DNA of 51,129 nt from a bacterium (GCA_046485285.1 JAWOHE010000010.1:1-51129); one strand, 5' to 3'; positions 18,875 through 29,045 are shown, counted from the first letter of the stretch. Translations and numbers: made by a program. Notes: a model not told the origin generated them from the letters alone.

Positions 18875-19023
18875 GTGCGGGTGGGGATTGGTCAGAATCG
18901 GGTCGGGCGGCCGCGGCAAGCGTGTCAACGGAACTCGACCGGCGCTTCCTCAACGCGAGGCCCGGCACTTCGGCGTCGCTCAGCATCCCTGCGCCAGCAC
19001 CCGGCCGGGACCGGGCGGCCCGG

Positions 19024-19428
19024 TCAGGATTCCGGCTTGAGTGCCTGCCGCCAGTCGTGGGGCAGGAGCGCGCGCAGGGTAACGACCTCGGTCTCGCTGA
19101 CCTTCACCTCGGCGTCGAGGTTGCCGTCGTCGAGCTGGGCGATGAACTCCCGGCACCGGCCGCAGGGCGGCAGGACCGTGCCGTCGGCCGCGACCGCAAT
19201 CATCCGCACGACCCGGCTCTCGCCCGCCGTGACCATCGCTGCGGCTGCGGCGTGCTCGGCGCAGAAGCCGACCGAGCAGGCCGCGTCGATGCAGACGCCG
19301 GCATACACCCGGCCGCTCGCGGCCAGGAGCGCCGCGCCAACGCCACCCGCCTCGGCGGTGCGTGAGAGCCGGCGCGGCCGGGCGACGGCCCGCGCCCGCT
19401 CATACAGGTTGTCGAAAGTTACAGCCAT
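19024..19428 (-). CDS. cytidine deaminase family protein (CAE/PCxxC type)
   Basis: GFCAE...PPCGRCRE zinc motif, VGAALL, LLP end. Confidence 0.88.
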   Translation of the reverse strand: MAVTFDNLYERARAVARPRRLSRTAEAGGVGAALLAASGRVYAGVCIDAACSVGFCAEHAAAAAMVTAGESRVVRMIAVAADGTVLPPCGRCREFIAQLDDGNLDAEVKVSETEVVTLRALLPHDWRQALKPES

Positions 19429-19491
19429 CGTTTTGGTTTCCTCGTCGGTATCGACGGAATGGCGGGATGATAGCGGCGGTCGGTTGCGGCT

Positions 19492-20466
19492 TCAAGCGCC
19501 GCCCGCGCCCGGGGTGCGGTTCCAGCCCGGTTCGCCGGGGACCAGCGCTTCGGCAATCGCGCGGATGTGGCGGCCGTCGGTGCCGCAGCAGCCGCCCAGC
19601 ACCCGGAGGCCGAACTCGTCCCAGAGCGCGGCCATCTGCCGGCCGAACTCCGCCGGGTCGCCCGCGTCGGTCGCGTCCGACCCGTCAAGGACCTCGGCGC
19701 TCTTGCGCGAGGCGTTCGCCTGCAGGCCGAGCAGCCGTGCCCGCGCCTCAGGCACTCCCTGCAACTGCTCGCCAGCAAGCCGGAACGTGTCGGGATGGAC
19801 GCAGTTGACGAGGTAGCCGAGCGGCCGGTGCCGCGCCGCCTCGTCGACCTTCCGGATTGCCGACGCCAGCAGGGTCGCGTCGAGCACCGCGCCGTCGGGC
19901 CGAAGCACGAAGCTCAGCAGGTACGGCATGCCGAAGTCGGCCACGGCCTCGGCGATACCGATCGCCTCCGACACCGCCGGCAGGGTCGCGCCGAGGATGA
20001 AGTCCACGCCCGCGACAACCAGCTCCTCGACCTGCGGCCGGTGGTATTCCTGCGCGGCGTCCGGCGGCAGGGCGGAAGTCGGCCGGTAGGCATCGGACTT
20101 CGGGCCGACCAGCCCGCCGATCGCCACCAACTCGCCGTATTCGCCGTAGTGCCGGCGGATGCCGGCCAGCATCTCGAACGCCGCCTGGTTGACGTCAAGC
20201 CCGATCCCTGCCCGCTCGACCCGCTCCGCGCTCGCACGCCAGGTCGGCGTCAGTAGGAGCATCGGCATTCCCGTCGCCTGGCCGATGTCGAGATACTCGC
20301 GGTAGATCCGCCCCATCACCAGCCTGCCCTTGCGGTCTCCGACCAGCGTCGCGTTGGCGACATAGGCGTCGAGCTGGACCGAGGAGCTTCGCCTCAGCCG
20401 CTCGATGACCGCGCCCTCGGTCAGCACGAGCTCGTGCTCGGTCAACAGCCGGCGCAGTTCCGCCAC
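19492..20466 (-). CDS. homocysteine S-methyltransferase family protein
   Basis: TPTWRA, GP..D.Y, VNCVHP, ANAS and GGCCGT zinc ligands. Confidence 0.88.
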   Translation of the reverse strand: MAELRRLLTEHELVLTEGAVIERLRRSSSVQLDAYVANATLVGDRKGRLVMGRIYREYLDIGQATGMPMLLLTPTWRASAERVERAGIGLDVNQAAFEMLAGIRRHYGEYGELVAIGGLVGPKSDAYRPTSALPPDAAQEYHRPQVEELVVAGVDFILGATLPAVSEAIGIAEAVADFGMPYLLSFVLRPDGAVLDATLLASAIRKVDEAARHRPLGYLVNCVHPDTFRLAGEQLQGVPEARARLLGLQANASRKSAEVLDGSDATDAGDPAEFGRQMAALWDEFGLRVLGGCCGTDGRHIRAIAEALVPGEPGWNRTPGAGGA

Positions 20467-20469
20467 CGC

Positions 20470-21222
20470 TCACTCCTCGCCCGGCCGCCGGGCCAGGAAC
20501 CCTTCACTGCCGCCCTTGTCCGTGTCCGCGACTGGGAACTGGACCGCAGACGCCTCGAACCCCTGCCCGCCGAGCAGGTCGAGCCAGGTCCCGCGCGGGA
20601 ACAGCCCCATCTTCGACCGGTCCTGGACGACGCGGTACTCGTCGCCCTCGCGCAGCAGGTAGGCCATCTCGGTCTGGTACTCGGTGTCGGCCGGGTCCGG
20701 GTCGTGCGCCCACTCGAGGTAGCGCATCCCGCGCAGTCGCCGGTCGTGCCCGCCGTGGCTGGTGTAGGGCCGGAACGTCTCGCGGGTGAAGTCCGGGCAG
20801 AACAGCGCGACGCCGCCCGGCCGCAGGTGGTGCCAGGCGGTCGCGAACACCCGGGCGAGGTCCTCATCGGTGAGGATGTGGCTCACCGCGTCCTGGACGA
20901 ACACCGCGTCGAACCGGCGCGGCAGCCGGACCTCGCGCATGTCGCCGTGGACGTGCTCGCACTCCGGGTTGAGCGACCGGCTCACCCGCAGCATCGCCGG
21001 CGACAGGTCAACCAGCACCAGTTCGAAATGGGCCTTCAGGTGCGAGGCGTTGTTCCCGCCGCCCGAGCCCAGTTCGAGGACCTCGCGCACGGGAATCCGC
21101 GCCGCCCCGACGAGCGCCTGCCGGTACTGCTCCGCCTCGTCGGCGTACTCCTCCGGGCTCGACAGGACCGGCCACCACGACGCGAGGTCGGTGTACAGCC
21201 GCGGTCCCGGTGTGCTGTCCGC
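20470..21222 (-). CDS. class I SAM-dependent methyltransferase (start uncertain, no canonical start codon at the apparent N-terminus)
   Basis: VLELGSGGG, VDLSPAML, GDMRE..L..RFDAV. The open frame extends 5' of the GTG at 21090 through RLYTDLASWWPVLSSPEEYADEA. Confidence 0.82.
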   Translation of the reverse strand, partial: ADSTPGPRLYTDLASWWPVLSSPEEYADEAEQYRQALVGAARIPVREVLELGSGGGNNASHLKAHFELVLVDLSPAMLRVSRSLNPECEHVHGDMREVRLPRRFDAVFVQDAVSHILTDEDLARVFATAWHHLRPGGVALFCPDFTRETFRPYTSHGGHDRRLRGMRYLEWAHDPDPADTEYQTEMAYLLREGDEYRVVQDRSKMGLFPRGTWLDLLGGQGFEASAVQFPVADTDKGGSEGFLARRPGEE

Positions 21223-21231
21223 CGGCGCCTC

Positions 21232-22551
21232 CTAGTTCGTGAGCGCGACCTTGCGCGACGCTCCGACCTCACCGGCCTGCAGGTACAGGAAGTAGGCGCC
21301 GGACGCAACACGCCGTCCGTCGTCACCCTTCCGGTCCCACGCGACCACCCGGTCGCCCGTCACCGCCCCGGAGTGAAGCGTGCGGACCACGCGTCCCGCC
21401 GTATCCAGGACGCGAAGCGAAATCTGCCCCTCGTGCGGGATGACGCAGCGCACGCGCACCTGGTCCCCGGCGACCGACAGCACCTGCAGCCCGAACCCGG
21501 CCCGCGGCGGCGGCGTGTCAGTCCACTGTCTCACCCCGGTCAGCATGGCTATGTCCATGTGCCACCAGTCGGCGAACCGCTCGTAGTAGACATCGCCGCC
21601 TTGCAGCACCAGACGCCGGTTCTCAGCGTCGCAGACGAAGACCGGGTGACGCCGGGCCCGCGGCAAGGTGCCTGTCGGCGACAGGTGCTGCCAGCTGAGG
21701 GTGACCAGATCCAACTGATACAGATCGTTGTAAAACACGAATCCACCTGCGTAGTAGTAGCCGCCGAAGAGGAACAGGCTCCGGTCGCAGGCATCATACG
21801 CACCCCCGGACCCGGCCCGGGCCGCGGGCACCTGGCCACCGGGCGACAGTGCTGTCCAGCCCTCACTGCCCGGCTCCAGGCTCAAGGCATGGACGTCGTT
21901 ATAGAACTGCTCCGGCCCCCGGCCGCCCACGATCAGTATCCGGTTATCAACCGAGTCCCACGCCGAAACGCCGTGGCTCCTGGCCGCCGGCGGCGTCCCG
22001 GTCGGCTCAAGCTCCCGCCACCGCAGGCTGTCCAGGCACAGCTCCCAGGAATCGTCGAAGCGGGACGCGCCGTCGACGCCGCCGAACATGATGACCGAAT
22101 GGCGCGCCGGGTGATAGCAGGCGAAGCAACCCCGTCGGGGCGCGGGAGCGGTCCCTTCCGGAAAGAGCTGTCGCCAGGTTTCGTTCCCGACCTCGAGGCT
22201 CAACTCCCAGACATCACCCAGCATCGAACCTCCGCGCTCGCCCCCGAAAACGACCATCCGCTCTCCCTGCGGGTCGTACACCATTGCCGGCTCGAACCGC
22301 GCTGACGGCGGTGTGCCCGTCGGGTCCAGCCGTCGCCAGCGGTAGCCCGCCAGCGTATCGAGCGACATCTCCCAGGTCTCATCGCTCAGCTCGGTTCCCT
22401 CCCCTCTGCCGGCGAACACGACCAGCCGGTCGTTCATCTCGTCAATCGCGTATCCCGGTTCCCATTGTGTCATGACCGCCGGCACCCACTCGAGCGCCGT
22501 CGCCGTGGCCGCCAGCACAAGTACCAAGCAGGCCACTCTCATCCGTCGCAT
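21232..22551 (-). CDS. secreted Kelch-repeat protein with T9SS/FlgD-like C-terminal domain
   Basis: Signal peptide MRRMRVACLVLVLAATATA; repeated P.AR...YDP...VFGG...D.W Kelch units; C-terminal LD..GRVVRTL..WD..GDDGRRVASGAYF; RBS GAGGAG. Confidence 0.85.
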   Translation of the reverse strand: MRRMRVACLVLVLAATATALEWVPAVMTQWEPGYAIDEMNDRLVVFAGRGEGTELSDETWEMSLDTLAGYRWRRLDPTGTPPSARFEPAMVYDPQGERMVVFGGERGGSMLGDVWELSLEVGNETWRQLFPEGTAPAPRRGCFACYHPARHSVIMFGGVDGASRFDDSWELCLDSLRWRELEPTGTPPAARSHGVSAWDSVDNRILIVGGRGPEQFYNDVHALSLEPGSEGWTALSPGGQVPAARAGSGGAYDACDRSLFLFGGYYYAGGFVFYNDLYQLDLVTLSWQHLSPTGTLPRARRHPVFVCDAENRRLVLQGGDVYYERFADWWHMDIAMLTGVRQWTDTPPPRAGFGLQVLSVAGDQVRVRCVIPHEGQISLRVLDTAGRVVRTLHSGAVTGDRVVAWDRKGDDGRRVASGAYFLYLQAGEVGASRKVALTN

Positions 22552-22586
22552 TGTCTCCTCCTTTGCCGGACACACTGCCCGCTTCA

Positions 22587-23492
22587 TCACCCCAGGCAGG
22601 CCAGCATTGTTACGATTCCTCTGACCGCCGCCGCTTCCAGCTCCTTCGCCTCCGCCACCAGCGGCAGCTTCTCGCCCGGCGCCAGCGTCTTGTCCCCGGC
22701 CCGGGCGAGCACGCCGGCAAGGTCCTCGTAGGCGCGCGCCAGCTCGCGCGCCGGCCCGGCCGAGGCCGGCAGGCGCTCGGCCAGCTCCTCGAACCAGGCC
22801 GCCGCCATCGCCCGGCACTCCGACCAGACCGTCGCGTTCCACCAGTTGCCGTGCGACCCGCCATGTTCCTCGACCGCGGCCAGCCAGTTCTCGTAGGCGC
22901 CAGCCCCGGTCCGGTAGCCCTCGATCGCGCCGGCCCCGCGGTACAGCGCGACCGCGGCCCGGAGCGCGTCCCGCGCGATTGCCGCGTCGTCGGCAGGCTC
23001 GCGCCGGTCGAACGCGAAGAAACCGACGTGGCACTCCCCGCCAAACTCGGCCCAGGTCCCGTAAGTCAGCCTCCCCGGCGTGACGTCCGGCGCGCAGTCC
23101 CACGGCCGGGCGAGCAGGAACCCCTCGCCGTCGTAGCCGACGATGAGCTGGTTCTCCATGTTCAAGAGCGAACACGGCCTGCCATTGTCGAGGTGGGTCC
23201 GGACCAGCGCCTCGACCGCCGCGCGCGCCCCGGGCGTCGAACTGCTGTCGTGGAAGCCGAGATCCCTCGTCACCAGCCCGAGATTGCCGACCAGCGACAC
23301 GAACCAGTCCCGGTCCCAGACATAGGGCCCGCTCGGGCAGAGCTGCTCGTGGATGTTGATGAGGAAGGCGTGGCCGCTTCCGCCGTACGCCGATGCGTCG
23401 CTCGTCCCGACCCCGTGGTAACGGAGCGCGCCGACCACGACACCCATCAGCGTCGTGCGGAACGGCGGCTGTGTCAGGTTCTCAAGTCGCAT
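22587..23492 (-). CDS. hypothetical protein (301 aa)
   Basis: Protein-like composition, GC3-biased codons, RBS GGAG and its own promoter. Confidence 0.7.
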   Translation of the reverse strand: MRLENLTQPPFRTTLMGVVVGALRYHGVGTSDASAYGGSGHAFLINIHEQLCPSGPYVWDRDWFVSLVGNLGLVTRDLGFHDSSSTPGARAAVEALVRTHLDNGRPCSLLNMENQLIVGYDGEGFLLARPWDCAPDVTPGRLTYGTWAEFGGECHVGFFAFDRREPADDAAIARDALRAAVALYRGAGAIEGYRTGAGAYENWLAAVEEHGGSHGNWWNATVWSECRAMAAAWFEELAERLPASAGPARELARAYEDLAGVLARAGDKTLAPGEKLPLVAEAKELEAAAVRGIVTMLACLG

Positions 23493-23605
23493 CCGGTCTC
23501 CTTTCGATTCTGAACAGTATCAGCATCGGCCGCCGGGCCGGCTTGTCAATAGCGGCCCGCGGCCCCGGCGCTGGGAACTGCTGGCGCAGCACGCGCAGAA
23601 CTCAG

Positions 23606-23714
23606 CACCACGGAAGAGCCGGGAGCATTGCCGATTGCAGGTTTCAGAACCGTGAGAAGTGGAGAATCTGCAGTCTGCATTCTGCAACCTGCATTCTGCG
23701 ATCATCTTCTCCAG
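23606..23714. repeat. intergenic copy of the heptamer inverted-repeat element found in hdrA
   Basis: CACCACGGAAGAGC...GATTGCAGGTTTCAGAACCG...TCTGCAGTCTGCATTCTGCAA...ATCATCTTCTCCAG matches 5145-5267. Confidence 0.88.
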
Positions 23715-23731
23715 GCCCGCCCCCGGGCCGG

Positions 23732-23759
23732 TTGACACCGCGGCGCGCGGGGCTATCCT
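23732..23759 (+). promoter_or_regulatory. sigma70-type promoter of lemA-htpX
   Basis: TTGACA-N16-TATCCT followed by SD AAGGAGG. A divergent TTGACA-N16-GATGCT lies at 23522-23549 (-). Confidence 0.7.
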
Positions 23760-23781
23760 CATCTGACTAAGGAGGCTACTG

Positions 23782-24333
23782 ATGTCCCTGCTTCTCATCA
23801 TCATCGTCCTGCTGGCCGTGGCCGTCGTCTTCGTCATCGCCACCTACAACTCGCTTGTCGTCAAGCGCAACCGGGTCAGGAACGGCTGGCACCAGATTGA
23901 CGTCCAGCTCAAGCGCCGGACCGACCTCATCCCCAACCTCGTCGAGACGGTCAAGGGCTACGCCGGCCACGAACAGGAGGTCTTCGACCGGGTGACCCGG
24001 GCCCGCGCCGCGGTGATGGGCGCCCACGGACCGGCCGAGGCCGCCGCCGCCGACGGCGCCCTGACCCAGACGCTCAAGACGCTCTTCGCGGTCGCCGAGA
24101 ACTACCCGGTGCTCAAGGCCAACGAGAATTTCCTCAAGCTCCAGGAAGAGCTGACCGCGACCGAGAACAAGATCAGCTTCGCGCGCCAGTTCTACAACGA
24201 CGTCGTGATGGACTTCAACAACCGCATCCAGGTCTTCCCCTCGAACGTCATCGCCGGGATGTTCCGGTTCGAGGCCGCCGAGTTCTACAACATCCCGGAG
24301 GCCGACCGCGAGGTGCCGAAGGTCAAGTTCTGA
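23782..24333 (+). CDS. lemA: LemA family protein
   Basis: N-terminal TM helix, [43 protein letters not shown]. Confidence 0.95.
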   Translation: MSLLLIIIVLLAVAVVFVIATYNSLVVKRNRVRNGWHQIDVQLKRRTDLIPNLVETVKGYAGHEQEVFDRVTRARAAVMGAHGPAEAAAADGALTQTLKTLFAVAENYPVLKANENFLKLQEELTATENKISFARQFYNDVVMDFNNRIQVFPSNVIAGMFRFEAAEFYNIPEADREVPKVKF

Positions 24334-24419
24334 CCCCCGGCGCTCCGCACCGGGAGTCCGTTCCGGAATCCTGATGGAATGCTCCTTCTCTCCGTGCCGA
24401 AGGCGCGGCTTCCCGGCTT

Positions 24420-25403
24420 GTGAGTGCGCCCCGGATGCCCAGCCCCCGCACCGACCTCTACCGGCTGATTGACCGCAACAAGCGGTCGACCGCATTCTTC
24501 ATCGTCCTGATCTCGCTCCTGCTCGGCGCGGTCGGCGCCGCGCTCGGCTGGTACTTCGGCTGGGGCTGGGGATTCTACGCGCTGTTCGGCGTGTTCATCG
24601 TCGCCTACAACCTCATCCTCTACCACAACTCCGCCCGCATCGCCCTCGCGGTCAACGGCGCGCGGCCTGCCGACCCGGTCGAACACCGCCAGCTCCACAA
24701 CGTCGTCGAGGAAGTCGCCATCGCCGCCGGCCTGCCCAAACCCGCGGTCTACGTCATCCCGACCCCGGTCCCCAACGCGTTCGCGACCGGCCGCGACCCG
24801 AAGCACGCCGCCATCGCGGTCACCGCGGGGATGCTCGAAATGATGAACCGTGACGAGCTCCAGGGCGTCGTCGCCCACGAGCTCGCCCACATCCGCAACT
24901 ACGACATCCTGCTCGCGACCGTCGTCGCCATCATCGGCGGCCTCATTGTCCTCCTCCGCGACGTCCTCCTGCGCGGGGGCCTGCTCTTCGGCGGCCGGCG
25001 CGACCGCCGCTCCGCCGGCCGCGGCGGCGGCCAGGCCGGGCTCATCATCGCGGTCGTCGGCATCGCGCTGGCGATCATCGCGCCCCTGCTCGTCGCGCTC
25101 ATCCGGGCCGCGCTCTCGCGCCAGCGCGAGTACCTCGCCGATGCCTCCGGCGCCTACATCGTCCGCAACCCGCACGGCCTCGCCTCCGCGCTCGAGAAGC
25201 TCGGCGCGAGCCACGCCCGGCTCGCGACCGCGTCCGACGCCACCGCCCACATGTTCATCGCCAGCCCGTTCGCCAAGGACCGCGCCGGCATCGCCGGCGC
25301 GTTCGCCTCCCACCCGCCGCTCGCCGACCGCGTCCGCCGCCTGCGCGCGCTGACCCTCGAGCGTCCGGAGGAGCCGACAAGACAGGAGAACAGTAAGTCC
25401 TAG
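24420..25403 (+). CDS. htpX: M48 zinc protease HtpX
   Basis: PNAFATGRDP, ELQGVVAHELAHI, SRQREYLADA, SHPP; follows lemA. Confidence 0.92.
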   Translation: MSAPRMPSPRTDLYRLIDRNKRSTAFFIVLISLLLGAVGAALGWYFGWGWGFYALFGVFIVAYNLILYHNSARIALAVNGARPADPVEHRQLHNVVEEVAIAAGLPKPAVYVIPTPVPNAFATGRDPKHAAIAVTAGMLEMMNRDELQGVVAHELAHIRNYDILLATVVAIIGGLIVLLRDVLLRGGLLFGGRRDRRSAGRGGGQAGLIIAVVGIALAIIAPLLVALIRAALSRQREYLADASGAYIVRNPHGLASALEKLGASHARLATASDATAHMFIASPFAKDRAGIAGAFASHPPLADRVRRLRALTLERPEEPTRQENSKS

Positions 25404-25422
25404 GGTCCGAACCCGGGAATCC

Positions 25423-25482
25423 CCTCTTCGTGCCTCTGTGCTTGTCCGCTGTCGCCGGGCTCCTGGTGCCTTTGTGGTGAAT
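25423..25482. repeat. solo octamer-repeat arm (CTTCGTG/CTCTGTG/CCTGGTG/CTTTGTG)
   Basis: Same unit family as the arms flanking the GxxExxY gene; lies between the convergent htpX and dnaE. Confidence 0.6.
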
Positions 25483-25493
25483 CCCGCCGGCCG

Positions 25494-28400
25494 CTAGCCC
25501 CCGCGCCGGCGGCGCTGGAACTCGCGCTCGACCGGCGGGAGGTCGCCCTTGACCTCGACCGCCCGGTCGCCGAACAGCCGGCGCAACTGGAGCACGAACC
25601 GGTTGACGGGCAGGACCTTGAACTCCTTGACCCAGATCAGCCGCGGCCGCCCGGCCGCGCTTGTCCGGCGGAAGTAGAGCATCGCCTCGCCCGGGAACTC
25701 GGCCGCCAGTTCGCGCAGGCGCAGGAGCTTGCCGTCGCCCTCGAAGTCCGGGCCGAGGCTGATAATCACCGCCCGGAACTGCCGCTCGATACCCTCGAAC
25801 GGCCAGACCCGGTCGGCCCAGAGCTGGGGCACGCCGTACTCGTCGCGCATCCGAACCCGGCCCTGGACGATGACCAGCCGGTCGACGTGGAGCTGTTCGC
25901 GGTGCTTCTCGAGCTGGTCGGCGAACACCGGCACCTCGACCGCGCCCTCGAAATCCTCGACCGTGACGATCGCGTACTGCCGGTCGCGCTTGTCCTTGCG
26001 CATCCGTCGGGCGGTGATGACCCCGCCGACCGCGACCGCGTCGCCGTCGTGCCGGTCGCCGAGCTGGCTCGTCGGCACGAGGCCGAGGCCGGCGTACTCG
26101 GCCCGCCACGGCTCGAGCGGGTGGGACGAGAAGTAGAACCCGAACGCCTGCTTCTCGAAAGTCAGCAACTGGTGGCTGTCGAACCGGACGTCGGCCGCCG
26201 CCGGCGCCTCGGCCGCCCTCGGCTCGCCGAACAGGTCGGTCTGGAGCTCGGCCATCCGCATCCGCTCCGACCCGGCGCGCGCCATCTCGAGGTCGAGTCC
26301 GGCCAGCAGCCGGCTCCGGTTCGGGTCGAAGTCGTCGAACGCGCCCGCCTGGACGAGCGACTCCGCCGACTTGCGGTTGGCCGTGCCCCGGTTGCGGACG
26401 AGGAAGTCGAGCAGGCCCTGGTAGGGCCCGTGCTCCTCGCGCTCGCGGACGATCAGCTCCGCGGCCTTGCCCCCGACGTGGCGCACCCCGGCCAGCGCGA
26501 ACCGGACGTTCCCGGCCTCGATCGCGAACTGGGCCCGACTCCGGTTGACGTCGGGCCGGAGCACCTCGATGCCCATGTGGCGCGCCTCGTTGACGAACTT
26601 CGCGAGCTTCTTCGAGTCGCCGATTTCGCTCGCCAGCGTCGCGGCGATGAACTCGACCGGGTGGTTCGCCTTCAGGCAGGCGGTGACGTAGGACAGGCAG
26701 GCGTAGCCCGCGGCGTGGGACTTGTTGAACCCGTAGCCGGCGAACTTGGCGAGCAGGTCGAATATCCGCTCGGCCTGGTCGCGGGGAATCCGGTTCGTCT
26801 CGGCACAGCCCTTGATGAACGAACCCGCCAGCGCCCGCATCTCAGCCGGCTTCTTCTTGCCCATCGCCCGGCGCAGGAGGTCGGCGCTGCCGAGCGTGTA
26901 GCCGGCCAGCGCCTGCGCCGCCTGCATCACCTGCTCCTGGTAGATCATTATCCCGTAGGTCTCGCGGCAGATCGGCTCGAGCAGCGGGTGCTCGTACTCG
27001 ATCGGCTCCCGGCCCTCCTTGCGGGCGAGGTAGGTCGGTATCAGGTCCATCGGCCCGGGCCGGTAGAGCGCGATCAACGCGGTGATGTGCTCGAGGCTCT
27101 CCGGCCGCATCCGGCGGCAGAGGTCGCGCATCCCCGCGCTCTCGAGCTGGAACACGCCGCCGGTGTCGCCGCGCTGGATCAGCGCGTAAGTCGCCGGGTC
27201 GTCGAACCTCGCCGGCGCCGGGTCGAACTCGCCGCCCGCCGCCCGGATGAACCGCGCCGCCTGCTCGACGACGGTCAGCGTCCGGAGCCCGAGCACGTCC
27301 ATCTTCAGGAGCCCGACGTCGTCGAGCGAGTACATGTCGAACTGGGTGCAGACGTCGCCCTCGGGCGACCGGTAGAGCGGCACGACCTCGATCAGCGGCC
27401 GGGGCGCGATGACCACCGCCGAGGCGTGAATCGAGGCGTGCCGGTTCAGCCCCTCGAGCCGGAGCGCGACCTTCATCAACTCCGAGTACTCCGGCGACGC
27501 CCGCACCGCCTGGCGCAGCTCGGTCGAGGTCGCGAGCGCGGCCTCGAGCTTCATCCCCGCCGGTATCAGCTTCGCCAGCCGGTCGACCTCGGCGATCGGC
27601 ACGTCCATCACCCGGCCGACGTCGCGCACCACCGCCCGCGACTGCATCGTCCCGAAGGTGATTATCTGGGCGACCGAGTCCGCGCCGTAGCGCTCCCGGA
27701 TGTGGTCGATGACCTCCTGGCGCCGGTCGTCCGCGAAGTCGACGTCGACGTCGGGCAGCGTCACCCGCTCGGTGTTCAGGAACCGCTCGAACAGCAGGCC
27801 GTAGCGCAGCGGGTCGATGTCGGTGATGCCGAGGCAGTAAAGCACCAGCGACCCGGCCGCCGACCCGCGGCCCGGGCCGACCGGTATCTCGCGGGCCCGG
27901 GCGAAGTCGATTATCTCCTTGACGACCAGGAAGTAGCCCGGGAAATCCATCTTCCGGATGACCGCGAGCTCCTCGGCCAGCCGCTCCTCGCAGCCGGCCA
28001 CCGGGCCGGGGTAGCGCCGCCTGAGTCCCTCGCGGGCGAGGTGCTCGAGGTAGCTGTGCGCGTCCGGGTAACCCTCGGGCGGCACGAACTGCGGGAGTTG
28101 GAACTGGACCCGGTCGAGGTCGAGCTTGAGCTCGCAGCGCTCGGCGACCGCGCGCGTCGCGCGCACCGCCTCGGGCAGGTCCTCGAACACGCGCGCCATC
28201 TCGGCCGGCGACCGGAAGTAGAGCAGGTTCGAGCTCATCCGGAGCCGCGACTCCTCGTTCATCTTCTTGCCGGTCTGGATGCAGACCAGCGCGTCGTGGG
28301 CGGTCGCGTCGTCCTGGCGCAGGTAGTGGCAGTCGTTCGTCGCGACGACCGGGATGCCCATCGCCGCCGACAGCTCGAGCACGCCCGGGATGACCTTCTC

Positions 28401-28970
28401 CTGCTCCGGGTAGCCGTTGCGCATCACCTCGAGGAAGAAGTTCTGCGGGCCGAGAATCTCCTGGTATCGCGCCGCCGCGGCCATCGCCCGCTCGCCGTCG
28501 CCCCGGCGCAGGTGGAAATTCACCTCGCCCTTCAGACAACCCGACATCGCCAGCAGCCCGGCCGAGTGCCCGGCCAGCAACTCCTTGTCGATCCGCGGCC
28601 GGTAGTAGAACCCCTCGAGGTAGCCGAGCGACACCAGCTTCATCAGGTTGCGGAAGCCGGTCTCGTCGCGGCAGAGCAGCGTCAGGTGCCAGCTCGCCTC
28701 GGGCACGTCCGAGGCCCGGCGGTCGTGGCGGTCGCCCGACGCGACGTAGACCTCGCACCCGACAATCGGGTTCAGCCCGGCCGACCTCGCCTGCCGGTAG
28801 AACCGGACCGCGCCGAACATGTTGCCGTGGTCGGTGATTGCCAGCGCCGGCATCCCGTACGCGACCGCCTGCTCGACCATCTCGTCGATCTTCAGCGCGC
28901 CGTCGAGCAGGCTGTACTGGGTGTGATTATGGAGATGGACGAAATCGGCGACCGCGGCTTTCTTCGTCAC
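25494..28970 (-). CDS. dnaE: DNA polymerase III alpha subunit
   Basis: HLHNHTQYSLLDG (PHP domain), GPGRGSAAGSLV, FERFLN.ER..LPDVDVD, KMDVLGL, FAGYGFNKSH, OB fold. Confidence 0.97.
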   Translation of the reverse strand: MTKKAAVADFVHLHNHTQYSLLDGALKIDEMVEQAVAYGMPALAITDHGNMFGAVRFYRQARSAGLNPIVGCEVYVASGDRHDRRASDVPEASWHLTLLCRDETGFRNLMKLVSLGYLEGFYYRPRIDKELLAGHSAGLLAMSGCLKGEVNFHLRRGDGERAMAAAARYQEILGPQNFFLEVMRNGYPEQEKVIPGVLELSAAMGIPVVATNDCHYLRQDDATAHDALVCIQTGKKMNEESRLRMSSNLLYFRSPAEMARVFEDLPEAVRATRAVAERCELKLDLDRVQFQLPQFVPPEGYPDAHSYLEHLAREGLRRRYPGPVAGCEERLAEELAVIRKMDFPGYFLVVKEIIDFARAREIPVGPGRGSAAGSLVLYCLGITDIDPLRYGLLFERFLNTERVTLPDVDVDFADDRRQEVIDHIRERYGADSVAQIITFGTMQSRAVVRDVGRVMDVPIAEVDRLAKLIPAGMKLEAALATSTELRQAVRASPEYSELMKVALRLEGLNRHASIHASAVVIAPRPLIEVVPLYRSPEGDVCTQFDMYSLDDVGLLKMDVLGLRTLTVVEQAARFIRAAGGEFDPAPARFDDPATYALIQRGDTGGVFQLESAGMRDLCRRMRPESLEHITALIALYRPGPMDLIPTYLARKEGREPIEYEHPLLEPICRETYGIMIYQEQVMQAAQALAGYTLGSADLLRRAMGKKKPAEMRALAGSFIKGCAETNRIPRDQAERIFDLLAKFAGYGFNKSHAAGYACLSYVTACLKANHPVEFIAATLASEIGDSKKLAKFVNEARHMGIEVLRPDVNRSRAQFAIEAGNVRFALAGVRHVGGKAAELIVREREEHGPYQGLLDFLVRNRGTANRKSAESLVQAGAFDDFDPNRSRLLAGLDLEMARAGSERMRMAELQTDLFGEPRAAEAPAAADVRFDSHQLLTFEKQAFGFYFSSHPLEPWRAEYAGLGLVPTSQLGDRHDGDAVAVGGVITARRMRKDKRDRQYAIVTVEDFEGAVEVPVFADQLEKHREQLHVDRLVIVQGRVRMRDEYGVPQLWADRVWPFEGIERQFRAVIISLGPDFEGDGKLLRLRELAAEFPGEAMLYFRRTSAAGRPRLIWVKEFKVLPVNRFVLQLRRLFGDRAVEVKGDLPPVEREFQRRRRGG

Positions 28971-28975
28971 GCGCT

Positions 28976-29004
28976 ATATTGGACGAGACCCGCCCGGATG
29001 TCAA
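28976..29004 (-). promoter_or_regulatory. sigma70-type promoter of dnaE, apparently leaderless
   Basis: TTGACA-N17-CAATAT, then 5 nt to the GTG. Confidence 0.55.
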
Positions 29005-29045
29005 ACGATTCGGCGCGCGCGGAGCGCCGGCGGCACCCGCCCGCG

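Noticed and set aside
23520-23843. 107-aa - strand ORF
   Set aside because: It overlaps the lemA start and both promoters; its HdrA-like peptide comes from the repeat copy.
25494-28970. Intein or split in dnaE
   Set aside because: Normal length with contiguous motifs.
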